Made by a program: the position numbers and the translations under genes | Source: an uncultured Chloroflexia bacterium | Lineage (GTDB): Bacteria; Chloroflexota; Limnocylindria; Limnocylindrales; CSP1-4 | DNA length: 56,759 nucleotides | Direction: 5' to 3' | NCBI GenBank assembly: GCA_963766735.1 | Contig: CAVYBU010000018.1 | Location: 1-56,759, forward strand | The notes under the pieces: generated by a model | Seen by the model: the letters and a program-made list of their open reading frames with translations, nothing else | What the model was told of the DNA's origin: nothing | The model's database searches: none | Part shown: positions 28,225 to 35,619 of the stretch, piece after piece | Layout: the number at the start of each line of letters is the position of its first letter | How positions within the stretch are numbered: the first letter of the stretch is position 1

Positions 28225-29157
28225 ATGACCGAGACCAAGATCGGGATCCTGCTCTGGCCCCAGACGGCCTCATGGCCTGCGACCCGGGACGCCGCGGTCC
28301 GCGCGGAGCAGGCCGGTGCCTCCAGCCTCTGGACGTGGGACCACCTCCTCTCGATCGTCGGCCCGTCGGAGGGACCGATCCTCGAGGGCTGGTCGATCCT
28401 CGCCGGCTGGGCCCAGGTGACCGAGAAGGCGTCGCTCGGCCTGATGGTCGGCGCCAACACGTTCCGCAACCCGGGGCTCACCGCCAAGCTGGCGACCACG
28501 CTCGACCACCTCTCCGGGGGTCGGGCCGTCCTCGGCGTCGGCGGGGCCTGGTTCGAGCGCGAGCACGAGGCCTTCGGGATCGATTTCGGGTCCGGCTTCG
28601 GCGAGCGCCTGGACCGCATGGACGAGTCTGTGATGCTCCTTCGCCGTCTGCTCGACGGCGAGACGGTCACCCACGATGGGCCGGTCTATCCGATGAAGGA
28701 CGCGCTGGTCCAGCCCCGGCCGATCCAGCCCCGGCTCCCGATCATGATCGGCGGATCGGGACCAAAGAAGACCCTCCGGACGCTGGCCCGCTACGGCGAC
28801 CAGTGGAACGCCATGGACAGCCCGGCGAAGATGGCCGAGAGCGACGCAATCCTCCGCGAGCATTGCGCCGCGGTCGGTCGGGACCAGGCCGAGATCGAGC
28901 GCACGACCACCGTGGACATCGTCATCCGCGACTCGCACGACGCCGCGATGGCGGCGTACCGGGCCCGGCTCGCACTCACGGGCGAGGAGTACGACGAGAC
29001 GTGGAACATGTTCCTGGGGACGCCTGCCGAGATCGCTGACGGCCTGCAGCCGATCCTGGATATTGGCTTCCGGCACATCCTCGTCGAGTCGCCGGCGCCC
29101 TACGACCTCGAGACGATCGACCGGATCGGCGAGGTCCTCGCGCTTCTGAACGGGTGA
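28225..29157 (+). CDS. LLM-class F420-dependent oxidoreductase
   Basis: WTWDHL, TLDHLSGGRAVLGVGGAW, PIMIGGSG. Confidence 0.9.
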   Translation: MTETKIGILLWPQTASWPATRDAAVRAEQAGASSLWTWDHLLSIVGPSEGPILEGWSILAGWAQVTEKASLGLMVGANTFRNPGLTAKLATTLDHLSGGRAVLGVGGAWFEREHEAFGIDFGSGFGERLDRMDESVMLLRRLLDGETVTHDGPVYPMKDALVQPRPIQPRLPIMIGGSGPKKTLRTLARYGDQWNAMDSPAKMAESDAILREHCAAVGRDQAEIERTTTVDIVIRDSHDAAMAAYRARLALTGEEYDETWNMFLGTPAEIADGLQPILDIGFRHILVESPAPYDLETIDRIGEVLALLNG

Positions 29158-29161
29158 CGAG

Positions 29162-30127
29162 GTGACCGGTTCGCGCGTCGTCGCGCTCGCCGGAGGGGTG
29201 GGCGGGGCGAAGCTGGCCGAGGGGCTCCAGGCGTGCGCCGGCGACCGGCTGGCCGTCGTCGTCAACACCGGCGACGACTGCGTCCGGCACGGCCTGCTGG
29301 TCATGCCGGACCACGACACGGTGCTCTACACCCTGGCCGGGATCGAGCAGGTCGCGTGGGGCTGGGGCATCGAGGGCGACACGCACACCGTGATGGCGCA
29401 GCTGGGCGCGCTCGGCGAGGAGACGTGGTTCTCCCTCGGCGACCGGGACCTGGCCCTGCACATCGCCCGCACCGCGAGAGTCCGCGCCGGGGCGCGGGTC
29501 ACGGAGGCCTGCCTCGCGGCGCAGGCGTCGCTCGGGATCGCGGGGCGGATCCTGCCGATGACCGATGCGTCCGTCGCCACCGAGGTCCGCACGGCCGAGG
29601 GCTGGCTGGAGTTCCAGGAGTACTTCGTCCACCAGCGGCAGGCGCCGGAGGTGCTGGAGCTGCGGTTCGCCGGGATCGAGGATGCGGCGCCCACGCCGGA
29701 GGTGCTGGCCTCGGTCGCCGCGGCCGAGGCAGTGGTGATCTGCCCGTCGAACCCCCTGGTCTCCGTGGGGCCGATCCTGGGCGTGCCGGGGATGCGCGAG
29801 GCGGTGCTCGCGGCGCGGGCGCGGGGCGTCCCCGTGGTGGCCGTCAGCCCGATCATCGGGGGCAAGGCGCTGAAGGGGCCGGCGGACCGGATGCTCGCCT
29901 CGCTGGGGTTCGAGTCGTCCGCGCTGGGCGTGGCGCGGCTCTACGCGGACCTGTGCGACGTCTTCGTGCTGGACACGGTGGACGCGGGGTTGGCCGAGTC
30001 CGTGGCCGGGCTGGGCATGCGCACGCTCGTCACCGACACGATCATGACCGACGACGCGTCGCGGACCCGCCTCGCGGCGGAGGTTCTTGCTGCCGCCGGC
30101 GTGCTCGGGGCGATCACCTTTGGCTGA
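29162..30127 (+). CDS. cofD: 2-phospho-L-lactate transferase
   Basis: LAGGVGGAKL, VNTGDD, LGDRDLA, FQEYFV, PSNPLVS, KGPAD. Confidence 0.95.
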   Translation: MTGSRVVALAGGVGGAKLAEGLQACAGDRLAVVVNTGDDCVRHGLLVMPDHDTVLYTLAGIEQVAWGWGIEGDTHTVMAQLGALGEETWFSLGDRDLALHIARTARVRAGARVTEACLAAQASLGIAGRILPMTDASVATEVRTAEGWLEFQEYFVHQRQAPEVLELRFAGIEDAAPTPEVLASVAAAEAVVICPSNPLVSVGPILGVPGMREAVLAARARGVPVVAVSPIIGGKALKGPADRMLASLGFESSALGVARLYADLCDVFVLDTVDAGLAESVAGLGMRTLVTDTIMTDDASRTRLAAEVLAAAGVLGAITFG

Positions 30128-30201
30128 GCCACTGGAGCGGGCCCGTGTCCGGCACCATCGCGGGTGACGGGCCATGGCCCGCCGCGCGATAGCATCGTGA
30201 T

Positions 30202-30822
30202 GTGAGAGAAGCCGTCTCGACCACCGTCGTCATCCCTGTCCGGTCGCTCGAGGGCGCCAAGTCACGCCTGGGCGCAGTGCTGGACGCCGAGGAGCGCCGC
30301 GATCTCGTCGAGCGGCTGCTCATCGACACGGTGGTCGCGGCGCTCGCCACGCCCGGCGTCGTTGACGTCCTGGTCGTCTCGCCCGATCCAGAGGTCCTCG
30401 CGGTGGCCTCGACCGCCGGAGCCCGGACCCTTACGCAGCGGTCGCGTGGCCTCAACACGGCCCTCCAGGAGGCGCGGGCGGAGGTCGGAGCGGACCGGGT
30501 CCTCGTCCTGCCAGCCGACCTGCCGACCGTGACCCCGAGCGACATCGCGCAGATCCTGGCCGCCGGCGATGCTGCCGGGCGTCCCAGCGTCGTGCTGGCA
30601 CCGGACCGCCACGGCCGCGGCACGAACGCCCTGCTGCTGGACCCTCCCGATGCCATCGATCCCGCGTTCGGAGGCGACAGCCGGGCGGGGCACGCGTGGC
30701 TGGCGTCGTCTGCGGACATCGCGTTCGTGGAGGTGGCGGGGCTCCTCGAGCTGGACCTGGACACGCCGGACGACCTGCTGCTCGCCGAGGCCCTGCGCCG
30801 GGAGGGTGTCCGTGCCTCGTGA
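30202..30822 (+). CDS. cofC: 2-phospho-L-lactate/PEP guanylyltransferase
   Basis: IPVR...AKSRL, GLN, PADLP, GTNALL, FG, DLDTPDDL. Confidence 0.93.
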   Translation: MREAVSTTVVIPVRSLEGAKSRLGAVLDAEERRDLVERLLIDTVVAALATPGVVDVLVVSPDPEVLAVASTAGARTLTQRSRGLNTALQEARAEVGADRVLVLPADLPTVTPSDIAQILAAGDAAGRPSVVLAPDRHGRGTNALLLDPPDAIDPAFGGDSRAGHAWLASSADIAFVEVAGLLELDLDTPDDLLLAEALRREGVRAS

Positions 30823-31588
30823 CATCGGTCGAGTGGAAGTCATTGCCCTCGCCGGCCTCCCGGAGATCGAGCCCGGCGACGATCTCGGGGCGATGATCGG
30901 CGACGCGATTGAGGGAACGACCGGAGTGCTTCCGCTCGAGGTCGGCGACGTCCTGGTCGTGACGCAGAAGATCGTGTCCAAGGCCGAAGGCGCCGTCGTG
31001 GACCTGCGGACGATCACGCCGCGCCCGGAGGCCGTCGCCTGGGCCGAGGCATGGGACCGGGACGCCCGCCAGGTCGAGGTCGTCCTGCGGGAGGCCCGGC
31101 GCATCGTCCGCATGGAGCGCGGGGTCCTGATCACGGAGACGCACCACGGGTTCGTGTGCGCCAACGGCGGCGTCGACGCATCGAACGTCGGACCGGCCAC
31201 GGGCGACGTGGTCACCCTGCTGCCCCGCGACCCGGACGCCTCGGCAGCGCGGATCCGGGCGGCAATCGCAGACCGGTTCGGCAGGGACGTCGCGGTCGTG
31301 ATCTCGGACAGCTTCGGCCGGCCCTGGCGCTGGGGCATCGTGGACGTGGCTCTCGGCGTGTCCGGGCTCCTGCCGCTGGAGGACCTGCGCGGAACCCCGG
31401 ACGCAGATGGACGAGTGATGCATTCGACCGTCCGCGCCGTCGCGGACGAGCTCGCCTCCGCCGCGGAGCTGGCACTGGGCAAGACGGCCGGACGGCCGGT
31501 CGCGCTCGTGCGCGGCGCTCATCCCTTCCCGGGCGAGGGTTCGGGCCGCGAGGTGATGATCCCGGAGGCCAACGACCTCTTCCGCTGA
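30812..31588 (+). CDS. cofE: coenzyme F420-0:L-glutamate ligase (short form)
   Basis: GLPEIEPGDDL, TQKIVSKAEG, CANGGVDASN, DSFGRPWR, C-terminal DLFR; GGAGG SD. Confidence 0.93.
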   Translation: MPRDIGRVEVIALAGLPEIEPGDDLGAMIGDAIEGTTGVLPLEVGDVLVVTQKIVSKAEGAVVDLRTITPRPEAVAWAEAWDRDARQVEVVLREARRIVRMERGVLITETHHGFVCANGGVDASNVGPATGDVVTLLPRDPDASAARIRAAIADRFGRDVAVVISDSFGRPWRWGIVDVALGVSGLLPLEDLRGTPDADGRVMHSTVRAVADELASAAELALGKTAGRPVALVRGAHPFPGEGSGREVMIPEANDLFR

Positions 31589-31662
31589 CCTGCAACCCGC
31601 CGGCGCGGTCGCCACACCCGGCCAGGGCGCCCGACGCACAGATGGGCGCCGAATCGCCAGTG

Positions 31663-31757
31663 GGCGGCGACTCGCGGAGCGCGGCGACGCGGGCCCGGAG
31701 CGCGGCAAGGGCCAGGTGCGCGGCGACGCGGGCCGGAGCGCGGCGACCCGGCCCGGA
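31663..31757. repeat. degenerate ~20-bp tandem repeat
   Basis: four to five copies of a GCGCGGCGACGCGGGCC(C)GGA-like unit. Confidence 0.65.
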
Positions 31758-31768
31758 GGTCCTGCCGC

Positions 31769-31913
31769 ATACCAGCGCGACTGGTGTTCGTCACCGAGGG
31801 GCGCAGGATCAGGGGCCTCCCGCGCGCGATCTCCGCACGGATCCGCCGAATCGAAGGGCCACCCTGCGTCCGCAGGTGCCGAAAACGCGGACGACCACCA
31901 GCTCCGTTGGTAG
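31769..31913. repeat. REPIN/MITE-like palindromic element
   Basis: ends ATACCAGCGCGACTGGTGTTCGTC and (reverse complement) CTACCAACGGAGCTGGTGGTCGTC match 18/24; each end is a small hairpin; internal complementary blocks. Confidence 0.55.
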
Positions 31914-31993
31914 ACGACACAAACTGGCGGCGGGCGCCCGGTGCGCGGCGATGGCCACCGCAGCGGACTGGCGACGGGCGCTACCCTCAGCGC

Positions 31994-32892
31994 ATGAAGG
32001 TCGGACTGCAGCTCTCCTCGTTCACCTGGCCCGGGGGGCCCGAGGCCATCGGCCCCACCCTCGCCCGCACCGTGCGCGCCGCCGACGACGCCGGGTTCGA
32101 CTCCATCTGGGTCATGGACCACTTCTTCCAGATCCGCGCGGTCGGGCGCGCGGAAGAGCCGATGCTGGAGGGCTGGACGGCGCTCGGGTTCATGGCCGCG
32201 CACTCGACGCGCGCCCGGCTGGGGCTGATGGTCGGCGGCGTCCACTACCGGCTCCCCGGCCTGTGGGTCAAGGCGGCCACCACGCTGGACGTGCTCTCGG
32301 GCGGGCGGGCCTGGCTGGGCATCGGCGCGGCCTGGAACGAGGAGGAGTCGCGCGGCCTCGGGTTCCCGTTCCCACCCCTGGGCGAGCGGTTCGAGATGCT
32401 GGAGGAGACCCTGCGCATCGCGCACGGCATGTGGTCGGGCGAGCGCGGCTCCGAGGCGGTCTTCGAGGGCGACCACTACCGGGCGGGCCGGCTCCTGAAC
32501 TCGCCGCAGTCCATCTCGCGGCCCCGACCCCCGATCATGATCGGAGGCGGCGGGGAGAGGAAGACGCTGCGCCTGGTCGCGCAGTATGCGGACGCCTGCA
32601 ACGTGTTCGGCGGCCCGGAGACGATCCACCACAAGTACGAGGTGCTTCGCGAGCACTGCGCCGCAGTCGGCCGCGACCCGGACGAGATCGAGCGGTCAAC
32701 GCTCCAGGCGGTGAAGCTGGCCATCGACGGCGGAGCGGGCGAGAGCCCGCAACAGGTGGTGGACCGGTTCGGCGAGCTCTCCGACGCCGGCGCCCAGCAC
32801 GTGATCTTCTCGGTGCGCGACGCCTGGGACCCGCGGGTCATGGAGATCCTGGCCGGGACGTGCTGCCCGTGCTGGGGAAGCTGGGCCAGTAA
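31994..32892 (+). CDS. LLM-class F420-dependent oxidoreductase, frameshift near 32852
   Basis: WVMDHFFQI, EPMLEGW, TLDVLSGGRAWLGIGAAW, IGGGGERKTLRLVAQYAD; corrected end EILGRDVLPVLGKLGQ*. Confidence 0.9.
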
Positions 32893-32973
32893 GGGCACCC
32901 GACCGCCCGCCAGTTGGGCCAGTATGGGCACCCGACCGCCCGCCAGCTGGGCCAGCAAGGGAATCCGACCGTC
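32881..32973. repeat. 33-bp tandem triplication spanning the LLM stop codon
   Basis: CTGGGCCAGTAAGGGCACCCGACCGCCCGCCAG at 32881 and 32914, partial degenerate copy at 32947. Confidence 0.85.
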
Positions 32974-33034
32974 GGACCGTGCAACCGCCTGACTCCAGGC
33001 CATGGCGGTGCCCGTGATCGCGGGCTTCCGGCGG

Positions 33035-34351
33035 TCAGCCCGCCAGCCGGGCGCGCCGCACGTTCGGGACGAGCGCGAACCCGGCGCCGGCCACCACGAG
33101 CCCCAGGCCCATGACCGTGAGCGTCGCCCCACCTCCGATCGTGTCCAGGGCGATCCCGGCAGCGAGCGAACCCACCGGCATCAGCCCCACGGAGAGCGTC
33201 CGTGCGGTCGCGCCGACACGCCCCAGCAGGGCATCCGGGGAGAGCAACGTTCTCAGGGACAGGTACGCGATGAGCACGTACGCGTTGAAGATCCCAGCCA
33301 GGAGGGCGGCCGCCACGACAACCGCGATCGGCGTCCCCACCGACACGATCAGGGTGACGCCCAGGCCGACCGAGCCCGCGAGCATGACCAGCCCAACCGG
33401 CTTCGGAGCGATCCGGGCGGCGACGAGCGACCCACCGAGGGATCCCACGGCGAACGCCGACAGCACGACGCCGACGACCGCCGTCCCGAGGCCGAGGCTG
33501 ATCGTGATGTAGAAGATGAGGACGCTGGTCAGGCCGGCCGAGATCACGGAGGTCGTCGTCCAGAGCGCGATGACGGACCGCAGCGTGGGCTGACGGACCA
33601 CGAACGCGATTCCCTCCCGGACATCGGCCACGATGTGCGTCCGCTCCGTCCGTGCCTCGGGCCGCAGCGACCGCCGCACGAAGACCAGGCTGACAGCCGA
33701 TATCGCGAACGTGGCGGCGTCAAGGGCGATGGTCGGCCCGGGCCCGATGGCCACCGCAAGCAGACCCGCCAGCGCCGGTCCCACGATCCAGCCCACCGTC
33801 CACGCGGCCTCGAGCACGCCGTTGGCGCGTGGGACCTGTTCCCGACCCACGAGGCCGGGCACGGCCGCCGTGAAGGCCGCCAGCCAGAGCACCCGCAGCA
33901 CGTTGAGCGGGAACGCCACGCCGATGACGACGGCGAGCGTCGGGCCGCCGAGCCACACCGACAGTGGCACCAGCGCCGTGAGCACCGCCCGACCCAGGTC
34001 CGCGCCGAACATCATCCGGCGGCGGTCCCAGCGGTCCGCGTAGGCCCCGGCGGGCAGGCCGACCACGAGGTCCGGCAGCGTCGAGAGCACACCCACGATG
34101 CCCATCGCGATGCCGGAGCCGGTCAGGGCGAGGACCAGGAGGGGCATGGCCGTGTTGGTGATGGCATCGCCGAAGGAGCTGACGCCCTGGCCCAGCAGCA
34201 CGACCATGAAGTCGCGGTTCCGGCGCATCGAGACCGGCGCGGGGGCGAGCTCGGCTGCGGGTGCCAGGTGGACCGGGGTTTCCTCCGCACCGAGCGGACC
34301 GGCGGACAGGTCCGGGCGGTGGGAGGGGGGATCGTCGGGAACTGCGGGCAC
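33035..34351 (-). CDS. MFS transporter (H+ antiporter/efflux-like)
   Basis: RNRDF...GQGVSSFGD, GAYADRWDRRR, LLGRV; multiple TM helices. Confidence 0.9.
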   Translation of the reverse strand: MPAVPDDPPSHRPDLSAGPLGAEETPVHLAPAAELAPAPVSMRRNRDFMVVLLGQGVSSFGDAITNTAMPLLVLALTGSGIAMGIVGVLSTLPDLVVGLPAGAYADRWDRRRMMFGADLGRAVLTALVPLSVWLGGPTLAVVIGVAFPLNVLRVLWLAAFTAAVPGLVGREQVPRANGVLEAAWTVGWIVGPALAGLLAVAIGPGPTIALDAATFAISAVSLVFVRRSLRPEARTERTHIVADVREGIAFVVRQPTLRSVIALWTTTSVISAGLTSVLIFYITISLGLGTAVVGVVLSAFAVGSLGGSLVAARIAPKPVGLVMLAGSVGLGVTLIVSVGTPIAVVVAAALLAGIFNAYVLIAYLSLRTLLSPDALLGRVGATARTLSVGLMPVGSLAAGIALDTIGGGATLTVMGLGLVVAGAGFALVPNVRRARLAG

Positions 34352-34399
34352 GGCACGCAGGGTACGCGGGATGCGGGAGCGTGCGGGCGATGCGCGGTT

Positions 34400-34416
34400 A
34401 TACCCCCAGGGGGTAT
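34400..34416. promoter_or_regulatory. CsoR/CstR/RcnR-family-type operator
   Basis: perfect palindrome ATACCCCC-A-GGGGGTAT in the -35 zone of an extended -10 (TGcTACATT, 34427-34435) upstream of trxB. Confidence 0.7.
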
Positions 34417-34476
34417 CTGTCCGACGTGCTACATTTGCGCCAGGACAAGCCCTCCAACAGGACCGAGAATCGCCCC

Positions 34477-35619
34477 ATGACCGACGACACCAGCCGCGAC
34501 GCGGCCCCCAGCCCGCCCGCCAGCGTCAAGATCAACTTCGGCACCCAGGGAACGGGCGGATCCGGCTCCAGCCCCTCCGCGCCGATCTCGATGATCGGCG
34601 GCGATGCGCAGGCGGCCCAGCCGCTGGCTGGGGGTGCGAACGTCGCAGCCGACGATGAGGGCCGCACCGAGTCAAAGGTCCTGATCATCGGCTCCGGGCC
34701 GGCCGGGCTCACCGCGGCCATCTACGCGGCGCGTGCGAACCTTGAGCCAATCGTGATCGCGGGCTCCGCGCCGGGCGGCCAGCTGATGCTGACCAGCGAG
34801 GTCGAGAACTACCCGGGCTTCCCCGAGGGCATCGAGGGCCCGGACCTGATGGCCCGGTTCCGAGCCCAGGCCGAGCGGTTCGAGACGCGCTTCGTGGACG
34901 TGGACGTGGACCGGGTGGACCTCTCCTCCCGGCCGTTCCGGGTCTGGGCGAGGGGCGTCGAGTACCGCGGCGAGACGTTGATCCTCGCCACGGGCGCCTC
35001 GGCAATCTGGCTCAACATCGAGAGCGAGCAGCGGCTCCGCGGCAAGGGCGTCTCCGCCTGCGCCACCTGCGACGGGTTCTTCTTCAAGGGTCGCGAGATC
35101 GCCGTCGTGGGCGGCGGGGACTCCGCCATGGAGGAGGCCAACTACCTCACCCGGTTCGCCAGCAAGGTCCACCTCCTCCACCGCAGGGACGGCTTCCGCG
35201 CGTCGAAGATCATGATCGACCGCACGTACGGCAACCCGAAGATCGAGGTCCACACGAACACCACCATCGCCGAGGTCCTGGGCGAGTCGAAGGTCGAGGG
35301 CCTCCGGCTGCACGACACGCGTGACGGGAGCGAGCGCGAGGTCCCGATGGAGGGCCTGTTCATCGCGATCGGCCACAAGCCCAACACGGACGTGTTCCGC
35401 GACTGGCTCGACACCGACGAGAAGGGCTACCTGGAGGCCCACGAGCACACCTACAGCCAGATCCCCGGCGTGTTCATCGCGGGTGACGTCCAGGATCACC
35501 GCTACCGCCAGGCGATCACCGCCGCCGGCGACGGTGCACGCGCCGCCATCGACGCCGAGCGCTGGCTCGAGGAGGCCGGGCCCGTGGAGGCCGCCGCCGA
35601 AGCGAAGGTGCCGGGCTGA
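34477..35619 (+). CDS. trxB: thioredoxin-disulfide reductase with long N-terminal extension
   Basis: IIGSGPAG, GGQL, VENYPG, SACATCDG, VVGGGDSA, GVFIAGDV, YRQAITAAG. Confidence 0.95.
   Translation: MTDDTSRDAAPSPPASVKINFGTQGTGGSGSSPSAPISMIGGDAQAAQPLAGGANVAADDEGRTESKVLIIGSGPAGLTAAIYAARANLEPIVIAGSAPGGQLMLTSEVENYPGFPEGIEGPDLMARFRAQAERFETRFVDVDVDRVDLSSRPFRVWARGVEYRGETLILATGASAIWLNIESEQRLRGKGVSACATCDGFFFKGREIAVVGGGDSAMEEANYLTRFASKVHLLHRRDGFRASKIMIDRTYGNPKIEVHTNTTIAEVLGESKVEGLRLHDTRDGSEREVPMEGLFIAIGHKPNTDVFRDWLDTDEKGYLEAHEHTYSQIPGVFIAGDVQDHRYRQAITAAGDGARAAIDAERWLEEAGPVEAAAEAKVPG

Noticed and set aside
32881-32973. CRISPR array (also the repeats at 438-558 and 31663-31757)
   Set aside because: Units are head-to-tail with no unique spacers and no cas operon; the Cas4-like domain at 6254 belongs to a TM0106 fusion.
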